Part shown: piece after piece, positions 25,548 to 34,258 of the stretch
Layout of the letters: each line of letters starts with the position of its first letter
Numbering within the stretch: the stretch's first letter is position 1
DNA from: a virus
Lineage: Duplodnaviria > Caudoviricetes
Length of the DNA stretch: 64,000 nt
Reading direction: 5' to 3' (one strand)
Virus record (IMG/VR): IMGVR_UViG_2934734009_000001
Location: 16,834 to 80,833 of that record
Made by a program: the position numbers and the translations under genes
Notes under the pieces: model-generated
What the model saw: only the letters and a program-made list of their open reading frames with translations
The model's database searches: none
Told to the model about the DNA's origin: nothing

Positions 25548-26081
25548 ATGGCAAAGAACCCCGGGCGGACCGCCCTGTACCGCCTCTACGACTCCGGAGA
25601 CGTGTTGCTGTACGTCGGAATCGCGGCAGATCCCAGAGAGCGCTGGACCCAGCACGCGATTGACAAGCCCTGGTGGTCGGAAGTTACTAGGCGCGATGTC
25701 GAGTGGGTGCCGAGTCGATTCGACGCCGAGACCGCCGAGCGCGAGGCCATCGCAAGCGAGAAGCCGCGCTACAACACTCAGCACGCAATCGCCGAGCTAT
25801 CCAGCGAGGAGGCTGCTGTGCTTTTCGCTGAGTACAAGGCGGCCTACGAAGCGGAGCGACGGCTGAAGGAGCCCATGCGGAAGGCGGCGTTGCGAGAGCT
25901 TGAGCAGGGCACAACCCTCAAGGCGCTAGCTCATGCCACGGGCCTCACGCAGGAGACCTTCCGCCGCATCCGCGACGCCAACGACATCCCCGTCGACCCC
26001 CGCTACCAGAGCCGCGCCGAACTCGCACGAGCCCGCAAGGAAGCCCTCAAGTCCACCAACCAGCCCGGGAGTCCCTCATGA
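25548..26081 (+). CDS. GIY-YIG-like domain plus C-terminal HTH
   Basis: TALYRLYDSGDVLLYVGIA...RW.QH...E..AI..EKP.YN; TLKALAHATGLTQETFRRI. Confidence 0.75.
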   Translation: MAKNPGRTALYRLYDSGDVLLYVGIAADPRERWTQHAIDKPWWSEVTRRDVEWVPSRFDAETAEREAIASEKPRYNTQHAIAELSSEEAAVLFAEYKAAYEAERRLKEPMRKAALRELEQGTTLKALAHATGLTQETFRRIRDANDIPVDPRYQSRAELARARKEALKSTNQPGSPS

Positions 26082-26371
26082 CCGACGCCTTGGTGACCTT
26101 CCTCCGGGCCCGGTTCACCGAGGAGCTGGAGAAGGCCCGCTTCGCGAGCGGCACGGTGACCCAGGACCCCGAACGGTTCGGTGTCGCCCCCAAGGACGCC
26201 GCGAAGCACGCCCGGTTCACCATCGCCAACGCCGAGGTGCGCATCGCGCTCCTGGAGGACACCATCGTTCCGCACCTGGGCGCGGAGGGAGCGGCCGGCC
26301 GGACTGCCGAGTACCAGCTGCGACTCCTCGCCGCACCGTATGTCGAGCACAACGACTACCCGCACGACTAG
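26078..26371 (+). CDS. Hypothetical protein (DUF6221-like)
   Basis: LVTFLRARFTEE...LRLLAAPYVEHNDY; followed by a hairpin at about 26412-26439. Confidence 0.65.
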   Translation: MTDALVTFLRARFTEELEKARFASGTVTQDPERFGVAPKDAAKHARFTIANAEVRIALLEDTIVPHLGAEGAAGRTAEYQLRLLAAPYVEHNDYPHD

Positions 26372-26451
26372 CCGCCGGCCCGCACAGAGGCGCCCTTACC
26401 GCCCACGACAAAGCCCCCGCACCGCGCTGGTGCGGGGGCGCTGCTCACTGC

Positions 26452-26655
26452 TCAGTGGCGCCGACGGCCACTCTCGAAGCCTGTCGGCATGGCGCGTACT
26501 GATTCTGACGGCTCGTCCGGCGGGATCTCGTTGACGCGACCGTAGACCCTGTACTGGCGCTGCCGTTCGGCTTCCTGCTCATTGGCGAGCTGAGCTTTCG
26601 CGATGCGCTCGCGCACCCACCAGCCCTTTGGCTTCTTCGGCTTCTTCTTCGCCAC
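26452..26655 (-). CDS. Small basic hypothetical protein
   Basis: GGAGG RBS then GTG AKKKPKKPKGWW...FESGRRRH. Confidence 0.55.
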   Translation of the reverse strand: MAKKKPKKPKGWWVRERIAKAQLANEQEAERQRQYRVYGRVNEIPPDEPSESVRAMPTGFESGRRRH

Positions 26656-26771
26656 GTCGCCCCCTCCCCCGAGTTGGACGTTGAGCGTAATCCTGGCTTC
26701 GGGCTGACGGCCAGGGTTCGTTGTGCCTGTTCGCACACCACCACCCCTGCTTCCCCGGCAGAATGCACGTC

Positions 26772-26954
26772 ATGGCGAGGTTCACGGTCCACGGCCGCAC
26801 CCAGGACGAGTGCCAGCAGGCGCTGGACGACCTGCGCCGGCTGCTGGACGTCGAGGTGACCCTGCCGCCCACAGACCGGCTCGGTGGGTCGTGGATCGCC
26901 CGCGCAACGCGCAAGGCCCCGGACCAGACGGTCCGGGGCTTTGCTGTGCGGTGA
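26772..26954 (+). CDS. Small hypothetical protein
   Basis: MARFTVHGRTQDECQQALD...; CAGAAT 7 nt upstream suggests a leaderless mRNA. Confidence 0.55.
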   Translation: MARFTVHGRTQDECQQALDDLRRLLDVEVTLPPTDRLGGSWIARATRKAPDQTVRGFAVR

Positions 26955-26968
26955 GCTAGCTCCACTGG

Positions 26969-27256
26969 TCAGGCACCATCGCTCTCGGCTTCGGAGCGAG
27001 GCCGGCGAAGCATGACCATCAGGAACGCTGCGGCCAGCAGCGCTGCCCCCGCCCCGGCACCCAGTGCGCCAGCTAGCTCCACGGTGGTCCACAGGTCGCT
27101 CTCCGCGCGTCGGCAAGTCGGTTCGCACTCCCATGACATGGCCCCGTCGCTCTGCGAACTGGCAATGCCAGCCAGGCCGGCCGCGAGGAGCAGAATGCCG
27201 GACCAGGCCATCGTGCGTGCGGCGAGCAGGTACCGGCGCGAGTGAGTGTCGACCAT
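26969..27256 (-). CDS. Small two-TM membrane protein
   Basis: Two hydrophobic segments flanking a C-x3-C loop. Confidence 0.5.
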   Translation of the reverse strand: MVDTHSRRYLLAARTMAWSGILLLAAGLAGIASSQSDGAMSWECEPTCRRAESDLWTTVELAGALGAGAGAALLAAAFLMVMLRRPRSEAESDGA

Positions 27257-27327
27257 GCGACCACGGTCCCAGCCGCCCATCAGGCAGGCAACAGGGCGGG
27301 GATGGGTGCACCGGAGATTAGCGTCTG

Positions 27328-27816
27328 TCAGTCGCGCGGGTGCTGGTTCCGGTTGTTGGCAATGACGCCGCGGGTGGTGCTGATGACGGTGCGCTCGTCG
27401 TGGTGGACGGTGCCGTGGAAGTGGTTGGTGACCGGCTGCGCGGCCTGGTTGGCATCCTTGACCTTCGCGACCAGCCGGGCCACGGCCAGGGCGACCGCGG
27501 CAGGCGAGCCGAGGACGATGCCGAGGGTCAGCGGGTCGACCTGCCCGACGATCCACACTGCGACCCCGATCGGTAGCGACACAACACTGACGGCCTTGAG
27601 GACCCCGCTGACGTCGATCGCCCACTGCGACATCGGCGGCGGCCCCGGCTGCGCCACAGGCAGTGCCGAACCGACCGCGGGGAGCGGGGTGTCGTCGCGG
27701 TACGAGGTGGACTGGCCGGCGAGCAGGGCCTCGTCGACGGCGGCGAGGAAGCGGGCGGCGTTCTGCTGGATGGTGGGGTCGGGCTGCCCGGCGACGGGCT
27801 GCTCGGGCAGCTGCAT
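27328..27816 (-). CDS. Two-TM membrane protein, putative Spd (spread)-like
   Basis: Pro-rich N-terminus and two TM helices; last gene of the traB operon; Spd role inferred from context. Confidence 0.6.
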   Translation of the reverse strand: MQLPEQPVAGQPDPTIQQNAARFLAAVDEALLAGQSTSYRDDTPLPAVGSALPVAQPGPPPMSQWAIDVSGVLKAVSVVSLPIGVAVWIVGQVDPLTLGIVLGSPAAVALAVARLVAKVKDANQAAQPVTNHFHGTVHHDERTVISTTRGVIANNRNQHPRD

Positions 27817-27826
27817 GACGGTCTCC

Positions 27827-28027
27827 TCAGTGGTTGCGGTTGCGGCGGCGGGTGGTGCGGAACCCGAACGGGCCGGGGAGGTCCATGGACGTGGTGCGCT
27901 GGCCGGTCGAGCTGATGGTGTGCCGGGGGCCGCGGCCGGCTCCGAGGGTGATGGACCAGGACAGCCGGTTGATGTTGAGCCGGACCCCGGGGAAGATCCA
28001 AAAGCTCTTGCGGAACGTGATCGGCAT
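27827..28027 (-). CDS. DUF4236-like small basic protein
   Basis: MPITFRKSFWIFPGVRLNINRLSWSITLG...SMDLPG; AGGAG RBS. Confidence 0.75.
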   Translation of the reverse strand: MPITFRKSFWIFPGVRLNINRLSWSITLGAGRGPRHTISSTGQRTTSMDLPGPFGFRTTRRRNRNH

Positions 28028-28057
28028 GCGGGCTCCTAGCTGGTTGAGGTGGCGCCG

Positions 28058-28243
28058 GACCCTGCCTGGACCGTGTCCGGCAGTTGCGTTTCCGCAGGTG
28101 GCGACCCTGCCCGGACCCTGTCTGGGCGGATTGGATGCCGTTCCAGGCCGGGGCGACCCTGCCCGTGCGGGGCAGGGTCCGGGCAGGGTGTCCGGTGAGC
28201 TGACCTGCGGTGATGCGGGGCCGGGCAGGGTCGGGGCAGGGTG
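28058..28243. repeat. clt-like repeat cluster (putative TraB recognition sites)
   Basis: Nine copies of consensus (G/C)ACCCTGCCC: forward at 28058, 28069, 28103, 28114, 28155; reverse at 28170, 28181, 28223, 28234. Four pairs are exactly 11 bp apart. Non-coding and directly downstream of traB. Confidence 0.75.
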
Positions 28244-28253
28244 CAAAAGTGAT

Positions 28254-30467
28254 CTATAGGGCGGCGTGGAGGGCGGCGAGCTTGAATCCACGCCCCTCCC
28301 CGCCGTCCGCCGTCGACACCTTCACGGCCTTCAACTCGACCTCGTCGGCCTCCAGGTCGGCAGACAGAAGCTTCCCGGCCCGCGACCCGTACTGGGCGTC
28401 GCTCTCCGCGTCGCCCCGCTCGTATCGCTCGTCGACCGTGGCCATGTACGCGAAGACCTCTCCGCGGGTCGCTTCGCCGCGGCCGGTGGCGGTGACGGCC
28501 TTGACGATGTGGTCGAGGATCGTCGGCTCCGCCTCGGCCTGGACCGCGGTGCCCTTTCCGGTGGGCCCGCCGGCGACCATGCTGATGCCGGTGTCGGCCC
28601 TGAGCTGGTCCTCGATCGGGTCCGGGCAGTGCTGGGGCAGGCGGCCTATGGCCTGGCGGAGCGCCATGCCCGCCTTGGCGGCCTTGCGGAGGTCCCCGTT
28701 CTCGACGTCGACAAACAGGGAGCGGGCTTCGATGAATCCGGTGTCGGGAGTGGTGAGCCAGCCGCGACCCCGGGTCGACTTGCTGTTCTTGATGTCGCTG
28801 GCGTCGTACCCGTCGCCCGCAACACCGTCACCGAGGATGGTGTTGGACGCTGTTGCGGACTCGACGCGCATCGACCACCGGCCAGCACAGTTGCCGCGGA
28901 GCCGGGACGGAATGACGTCGACCTTGGGGTGCTGGGTGGCGAGGACGAGGATGATCCCGACCGCGGCGCCGACAGCCGCGATCTGGGCGAGGAGCTCGAC
29001 GCTTTCTTCGGCGTACTGGCCGTTGAGACCGCCCTTGACGGTGTACGTGGCGAGCTCGTCGACGATGACGAGTTCGATGCCGCCGAGCTCCTCCAGGAGC
29101 TCCTCGGTGGCCTTGGAGACACCGAGGTCGACGAGGATCTCGGTGCGTCGTTCCAGTTCGGCGACGAGGACCTTGAGGAAGTCGCGGAGCCGTTCGGGGT
29201 TGCGGCGGACGAACGTGTCGAGGGCGGGGGCGATGCCGACGTACTCGCCGGTGCCCTTGCCGTCGAAGAGGCGGACACGGATGCGGGGGTCGAGCATGGC
29301 GCCGACGAGGAGGTTCGCGACGGCCATGCCCTTCCCGGAGCGGGTGGTGCCACCGACGAGCAGCGAGTAGTCGGAGATGGTGGCGAGGATGATGCTGCCG
29401 CGCTTGTCGAAACCGAGCGGGAGGCCATCACGCCAGGCGTTGACCTTGTCTGTGGTGCCGATGAGGGGGTTGGGGACGGCCCTGCCGAACGGGTCGGTCA
29501 TGGACACCCACAGGCTCAGGTGGTCTTCGCGGCCTTCGTGGCGGATGTCCATCTGGTGCTTCGGGATACCGAGCGCGGAGGCCAGGGATCCGGTCTTCTT
29601 CTGTACGTCGGCGACTTCGACGCCGCCGGTGACCTCCAGGTGAGCAAGCCAGGCTCGCCCGTCCTGGATAACTGGGGAACGGAACACAACGGCCTGGTCG
29701 GCCTTGATGATCCCGGCGTCACGGAACGCCCGGTCGATCATGTCGTCGGTCATCCGGTCGCCGTTGCCGATCTTCGCGTCCCGGTCGGTGTACACCTCTC
29801 CGCCCATGGTGCGCCGGCCGATCAGGGCGAGCGCGAGGAGAGCGGATCCGGTGGCGATGACACCGCCGGTGCCGCCAATGAGGTAGATGCCAGCCCCTTC
29901 CGGTACAGCGATGGCTGCGGCGGCGAGCGCACTGCGGGCTCCGCGCCGGACCCGGGCGTCCTTGCGGGCGGACTTGTACTTGGTCATGGCGGTAACGGAG
30001 CCGGCGAACGCTTTCTCCATGACGACGCGCCGCTTGTTCTTTTCAGGTCCGGGGATGAGCCGCTTGTCGTGCCCCCACTTCGCGGTTTTGTAGTCGGCCT
30101 GGGCCTGCTGGACTTCGCGGCGGGCGGTGGCGACCTGGACGCCTTCGGTGCCCTGGATCCAGAGGAACGTGCGCCGCATGCCCCGGAACAGCTGGGCGCC
30201 GTGTCCGTGTTCGCCACCCTGTCGGCGGACCCACCGGCGGAACGCCCGGGTGGAGTTGACCTTGCCGACCGCAGCACGGGTGCGCCACCCGGCGGAGGTG
30301 CGTACCCACTCCGGGGTGAGGGGGGTGTCGCCGAGAAGGTCGGGCCGGTTGACGGGGGTGTCGGCGGTCTTCTGGAGGAGCGGGCTGTCGGCCTTGTCGG
30401 CGAAGCCGGCGATGAGCTTGTCCCACTCCGGGTCTGGGGTGCTGGCGGGGGTGGTCTCGATGCTCAC
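28254..30467 (-). CDS. traB: FtsK/SpoIIIE-family conjugative DNA translocase (TraB/TraSA-like)
   Basis: GTG start overlaps the upstream TGA. N-terminal TM pair, Walker A GGTTRSGKG, LFDGKG, Walker B LVIVDELATY, LVLATQHP, GRGWL and a short wHTH-like C-terminus. Confidence 0.88.
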   Translation of the reverse strand: MSIETTPASTPDPEWDKLIAGFADKADSPLLQKTADTPVNRPDLLGDTPLTPEWVRTSAGWRTRAAVGKVNSTRAFRRWVRRQGGEHGHGAQLFRGMRRTFLWIQGTEGVQVATARREVQQAQADYKTAKWGHDKRLIPGPEKNKRRVVMEKAFAGSVTAMTKYKSARKDARVRRGARSALAAAAIAVPEGAGIYLIGGTGGVIATGSALLALALIGRRTMGGEVYTDRDAKIGNGDRMTDDMIDRAFRDAGIIKADQAVVFRSPVIQDGRAWLAHLEVTGGVEVADVQKKTGSLASALGIPKHQMDIRHEGREDHLSLWVSMTDPFGRAVPNPLIGTTDKVNAWRDGLPLGFDKRGSIILATISDYSLLVGGTTRSGKGMAVANLLVGAMLDPRIRVRLFDGKGTGEYVGIAPALDTFVRRNPERLRDFLKVLVAELERRTEILVDLGVSKATEELLEELGGIELVIVDELATYTVKGGLNGQYAEESVELLAQIAAVGAAVGIILVLATQHPKVDVIPSRLRGNCAGRWSMRVESATASNTILGDGVAGDGYDASDIKNSKSTRGRGWLTTPDTGFIEARSLFVDVENGDLRKAAKAGMALRQAIGRLPQHCPDPIEDQLRADTGISMVAGGPTGKGTAVQAEAEPTILDHIVKAVTATGRGEATRGEVFAYMATVDERYERGDAESDAQYGSRAGKLLSADLEADEVELKAVKVSTADGGEGRGFKLAALHAAL

Positions 30468-31813
30468 TTCTGCTCCTCGGTGGCGTCGGGCTGTACGGCG
30501 TCGCGGACTCGGCGGGCGTAGACCTTGCTGCGGCCGAGGAGCTTGGCGACGGCGGGGGTGGAGAACTGCTCGGCGGGTACGGCGTCGCGAAGCTTCTTCG
30601 CTGCTTCGATGTCCTCGCTCCGGAGGGGCTCTACGGCGTCGGTTCGGGGAGCGCGGCCAGAGGGTTGGTTGCCAATCCCCCCAAGGGCTCCAGACTTCTT
30701 CGGGTCGACCGGGCGACGGGCCCGTGACCCTCCCCCTGCACCACCCTTCGGCCCGCCTTCTGCGGGCTTCTGAGACGGTCCGCTGTCGCCGCCGTCGGGG
30801 CGGAAGATCTCGGCGAGGAGCCGGTCGACCGCTTCGCTCTCGGGGGTGCGGTCGACGTTCGACAGGACCGCGTTGATCGCGGCGCGCGCTTCCTCGCGGC
30901 CGGCGAGCGTGTCCGCTGTCGTGGCGAGCGGAAGTAGGTGCTCGTTGTCCCACGCCTGCTGCCACGCAGCCTCGCGGCTGATCGCCCCGGTGGGGTGCGC
31001 GACGATGATCCGCTCGTACTCCGTGAACTCTCGCGGGAAGAGCTTCTTCCGCCGCTTGTCCTCAGTCGCGTGGACCTTCGCGAGCGCCCGCTGCTCCCGT
31101 GCCTGCTTCTTCGCCGCGGCTTTCGCGGCGGCGCGCTGCTCCAGGCTTCGGGTGTCGGCGGCGGCCCGACCTTCGAGGAAGTCCCGGACCTCTGCGAGGA
31201 CCGGTCCGATCACCGAGGTGGCGGCCAGGGCGACACCGGCAACGATCCCGTACTCGTCCATGCCGTGCGCCAGGTTGATGTACCCGGCGACCGAGGCCAG
31301 CGAGGCGGTCAGGACCCAGAACGGCCACCGGGGCAGCCCCTTGCGGTGCGCCCACCGGGTGCCGAGGACACCGACCCAGGCGAGGAGCTCCAGGAAGAAC
31401 GGAATGGGTCCGAGAAGCCACGCGGTGCTGGGGTTCTTCTCACCCTCCTTGTGAAGGGTGAGGAAGTACGACAACTGAGCGGGGAGTGCGGCGAGGAGGC
31501 CAAGGACGACGGCGACGTTGACGATGAGCTTGAACGCGGTGCCGTTGTCGGCACTGGCCTCGCGGCGACGGGCCTTGAGCTCCGCCTTCTCGTCCTTGGC
31601 GGCTTCGGTGACGGCGTCGAGCTTCTTCTTGAGCCCGGCCTGCTTGACCTGCTCGGCGAGGAGGTCGGTGGCGGTCTTGGCAGCCCCGGCCTCGGCGGCC
31701 TGGGAGCCGGCAGTACGGGCGGCTTCGGCTTCGGCGGAGATGCGTGCCGCCTCAGCGCGGGTCTTCTCGGCGGCGGCCTCACGCTCCTCCCAGGAACGGT
31801 AGTCGGCACTCAT
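30464..31813 (-). CDS. SpdB/DUF2637-like membrane protein with C-terminal HTH
   Basis: Coiled coil, four TM segments, C-terminal FSTPAVAKLLGRSKVYARRVRD; translationally coupled to traB. Confidence 0.7.
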   Translation of the reverse strand: MSADYRSWEEREAAAEKTRAEAARISAEAEAARTAGSQAAEAGAAKTATDLLAEQVKQAGLKKKLDAVTEAAKDEKAELKARRREASADNGTAFKLIVNVAVVLGLLAALPAQLSYFLTLHKEGEKNPSTAWLLGPIPFFLELLAWVGVLGTRWAHRKGLPRWPFWVLTASLASVAGYINLAHGMDEYGIVAGVALAATSVIGPVLAEVRDFLEGRAAADTRSLEQRAAAKAAAKKQAREQRALAKVHATEDKRRKKLFPREFTEYERIIVAHPTGAISREAAWQQAWDNEHLLPLATTADTLAGREEARAAINAVLSNVDRTPESEAVDRLLAEIFRPDGGDSGPSQKPAEGGPKGGAGGGSRARRPVDPKKSGALGGIGNQPSGRAPRTDAVEPLRSEDIEAAKKLRDAVPAEQFSTPAVAKLLGRSKVYARRVRDAVQPDATEEQK

Positions 31814-31858
31814 GACGGTGTGTCCTTCCGGGACGGGTGGGGGTGACGGGCAGGCGGG

Positions 31859-32185
31859 TCAGGCGGGCTTGGGGATGGCGCGGCAGGTCTCGGCGTGGGA
31901 CTGCGCCCACTTCTTGGCGCCAGGGAGGAAGCTCTCGTCGGTGGAGTCGAAGTTGAGTTGCGGGCCCTTCCCGAACTCGTCGTGATAGGCGTCGAACCCC
32001 CAGTCCTCGGTGCGGGTGTCACCGCATCCGTGACAGGCGATGAAGTGCTCGGTCGGAAAAGCGATGCCGTAGTAGCCGGGGCGCTCGGCGATGTCGACGG
32101 CGATGTCGTCGCGGCCGAGGGGCGATCCGGCGACGGTGAGGTAGCGGGCGATGACGTTCTCGGGCCAGACGGTCTGCGCAGTCAT
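31859..32185 (-). CDS. Zinc-binding hypothetical protein
   Basis: WPENVIARYLT...CHGCG...WAQSHAETCRA; GAAAGGA RBS. Confidence 0.7.
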   Translation of the reverse strand: MTAQTVWPENVIARYLTVAGSPLGRDDIAVDIAERPGYYGIAFPTEHFIACHGCGDTRTEDWGFDAYHDEFGKGPQLNFDSTDESFLPGAKKWAQSHAETCRAIPKPA

Positions 32186-32203
32186 GGCGGGTGTCCTTTC
32201 GGG

Positions 32204-32398
32204 TCAGATGCGGGCGGTGGCGGGGTTCTTGCCGCGCAGGTGGGTGAGGGTGGCGACACCGAGCCCGAAGCCCAGCAACACGGGCTGGGCGGCTACGAAC
32301 TGCACGGTCGCGGCCAGCACATTGGCAACGGCCTGGGCGAGGCTGGGGAACAGGATCAGCAGCACCAGGGCTGCGGCGATCAACATCAGCTTCTTCAC
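32204..32398 (-). CDS. Small two-TM membrane protein
   Basis: VKKLMLIAAALVLLILFP...PVLLGFGLGV; GGAGG RBS. Confidence 0.65.
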   Translation of the reverse strand: MKKLMLIAAALVLLILFPSLAQAVANVLAATVQFVAAQPVLLGFGLGVATLTHLRGKNPATARI

Positions 32399-32440
32399 GG
32401 GGTGCGCCCCTCCGGGCTCGGGTTTGGGTGGTACGGGATA

Positions 32441-32488
32441 GCCCCGGGCGGGAGTTGATCCCGCGCCCTCGCGGCTGAAAGCCGGGGC
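32441..32488 (-). ncRNA. tRNA-like element 1 (acceptor stem plus T-arm, no anticodon arm)
   Basis: Minus strand GCCCCGG-17nt-GCGGG-ATCAACT-CCCGC-CCGGGGC. Confidence 0.55.
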
Positions 32489-32496
32489 TGTGATCA

Positions 32497-32682
32497 CTAC
32501 TTGTGCGGGCAGCGACCCTTGCAGGTGCACGGGACGTCGATCTGGTTGCGGATCGGGGCGAGAACGGCGTTGGCGACGGCGTCTCCGGCGCGCCCCCCTG
32601 CCTTCCCAGCAGCCTTGGTGCCCGCCCGGTGCAGAGCACCAGCGGCGGAGTCGAGCTTCTCGGCAGCCTTGCGTCCGAACAT
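32497..32682 (-). CDS. MFGR-start microprotein
   Basis: 61 aa, AAGGAG RBS, C-terminal CTCKGRC. Confidence 0.7.
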   Translation of the reverse strand: MFGRKAAEKLDSAAGALHRAGTKAAGKAGGRAGDAVANAVLAPIRNQIDVPCTCKGRCPHK

Positions 32683-32721
32683 TGGGTTCTCCTTCGGTAT
32701 GACCGACCTGGTGGTCGGAGC

Positions 32722-32768
32722 GCCCCGGGCCGGAGTCGATCCGGCAGCCTCACGCCGTAATCCGGGGC
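32722..32768 (-). ncRNA. tRNA-like element 2
   Basis: Minus strand GCCCCGG-16nt-GCCGG-ATCGACT-CCGGC-CCGGGGC; compensatory T-stem change relative to element 1. Confidence 0.55.
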
Positions 32769-32774
32769 GGCGGG

Positions 32775-33023
32775 TCAGCGGTTCAGCCAGCCGGCGCGCC
32801 GGCCGTCGCCGTCCGCAGCGACGACCTTCTCGACGTAGGCCACGACCTCTTCGCCGCGGGCATTGCAGCCCTTTGCCGTCAGCGCAGCCGCCAGGGTGCC
32901 GGTCCGGAACGTGGCCGCAGCCTCCTGGTCACCGCCCTTGACGGCCTTGCGAATGTCCTTGGTGAGTCCGGCGTGGCCGCTGACCTCAGTCGCGGTGTCG
33001 GTGATCCGGCTAAACAGGCCCAT
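32775..33023 (-). CDS. MGLFSR-start small protein
   Basis: 82 aa, GAAAGGA RBS. Confidence 0.7.
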   Translation of the reverse strand: MGLFSRITDTATEVSGHAGLTKDIRKAVKGGDQEAAATFRTGTLAAALTAKGCNARGEEVVAYVEKVVAADGDGRRAGWLNR

Positions 33024-33116
33024 GACGGTCCTTTCGGGTCAGTGCCCGGCGGATGCGGCCGGGCTTCGCGGTGATCAGATACGAGTGCACGACAGCCCCT
33101 TCTCGGAGCCGATGGG

Positions 33117-33500
33117 TCAGCGGCAGCGTCGGCAGCCAGCGCCGTGGGCGATGCGGCACAGCTCGGCCGGGGTGAAGCCGCCCAGGGTGCCGGTGTGGGT
33201 GACCTCGGTTTCCATCACGCGCCCGCGTCCGCTGCCGTCGGGGACGTCGATCTCCCACCCGGTGGTGGCGTACTTGCCACGACCGACCTTCTTGATCTGT
33301 CCGACGGTCCTGACCCGGGCGCGCTTTGCTGCCTTGGCCTCCCGGCGTTCCTGCGCACGGGCCATCGCGGTCTGCTTGGCCTCCTGGTAGACGGCCTCCG
33401 GGATGGCTGCCGCAGGGGTGGCTGCCGCAGCCTGCTGGGCGGCGCGATAGCGCTCCTCCGGGGTGCTGACACGGTCGATCTTTCGGCTGAACAGGCCCAT
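33117..33500 (-). CDS. MGLFSR-start small protein
   Basis: 127 aa, GAGAGGA RBS, C-terminal C-x3-H-x3-CRRC. Confidence 0.7.
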   Translation of the reverse strand: MGLFSRKIDRVSTPEERYRAAQQAAAATPAAAIPEAVYQEAKQTAMARAQERREAKAAKRARVRTVGQIKKVGRGKYATTGWEIDVPDGSGRGRVMETEVTHTGTLGGFTPAELCRIAHGAGCRRCR

Positions 33501-33529
33501 GGCGGTCCTCTCGGGTCGGGGGGCTTCGG

Positions 33530-33760
33530 CTACCGGCTGGTCTCTGCGGCGACCGCGGCTTCCCGCACCTCGGCGATCGCCGCGGCAATCCGACCGGTGT
33601 CCCCGCCTGCCGCCTCGTTGAGCTGCCGGGCGGCGGCGGTCTGCCGGTTGATGTCGTCGTCCGACATGCGACCCGGGTTCGTGAGGGCACCGCTGTGGGC
33701 GACCTCGGACAGCAGGTTGGCGGCGGCCTGACGCTCGGCGGGGGTGCTACGTCCGAACAC
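33530..33760 (-). CDS. MFGR-start small protein
   Basis: 76 aa, AAGGAG RBS. Confidence 0.7.
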   Translation of the reverse strand: MFGRSTPAERQAAANLLSEVAHSGALTNPGRMSDDDINRQTAAARQLNEAAGGDTGRIAAAIAEVREAAVAAETSR

Positions 33761-33775
33761 GGAGTTCTCCTTGGG

Positions 33776-34258
33776 TTAGTTGGCGATCAGGTTGAGTGCG
33801 GCGGTGACGGTGCCGGGGAGGGTGGTGCAGACAGGCACGTTGTGGCGGCGGGCCACGTAGGCCAAGTACCGGTTCCGCTCCGGGTTGGGGCAGTCGTCCG
33901 GAATCCCGAGGACCGCCCGGCCGCTGGTGACGTCCAACCCGAACTCGACGTTGGTCGTCATGCCCGGCATCGTCTTCAGGTCCCGGGGGATCCAGAAGAG
34001 AATCGCGGTGGCAGCGGCGCGGGCGTCGGTCTCCCAGTCGACCTGCGTCTCGTACCGGTCGGCCCGCACGCCGTTCCGGGACTCGGGGCTCAGCACAGTC
34101 AGGGTTTCCGGGCCGGCCCACTGGTCGGCCAGGATCTTGAGGGCGGTGGGCCGCCACGACGGAACCGGGTTGCTCTTGTCCGGAGTCGGCCCCGCCAAGA
34201 ACACAGACGGGCCGACGGGGAGGGGCTCGCGGGCCATGACCAGCTTGACGATGCTCAT
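33776..34258 (-). CDS. Nucleoside 2-deoxyribosyltransferase-like domain protein
   Basis: SVFLAGP...SWR...SPE...QVDWE...ILFWIPR...TTNVEFG motif series. Confidence 0.8.
   Translation of the reverse strand: MSIVKLVMAREPLPVGPSVFLAGPTPDKSNPVPSWRPTALKILADQWAGPETLTVLSPESRNGVRADRYETQVDWETDARAAATAILFWIPRDLKTMPGMTTNVEFGLDVTSGRAVLGIPDDCPNPERNRYLAYVARRHNVPVCTTLPGTVTAALNLIAN

Noticed and set aside
28254-30467. FtsK ATPase as the phage packaging motor or a type VII secretion EccC
   Set aside because: A TerL/portal system is already present; there is one ATPase domain, no WXG100 genes, and the clt/Spd context fits TraB.
28254-30965. ORF-track 5' extensions of traB, tape measure, terS and many small genes
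   Set aside because: The extensions overlap upstream genes; starts were reassigned to RBS-supported or stop-coupled codons.
32441-32768. Canonical tRNA genes or attP tRNA remnants
   Set aside because: No D or anticodon arm, both acceptor strands present, two copies and far from the integrase; reported as tRNA-like elements instead.
33010-33090. 26-aa ORF VHSYLITAKPGRIRRALTRKDRHGPV
   Set aside because: It has a possible RBS but overlaps the next gene start and has no motif support; too weak to call.
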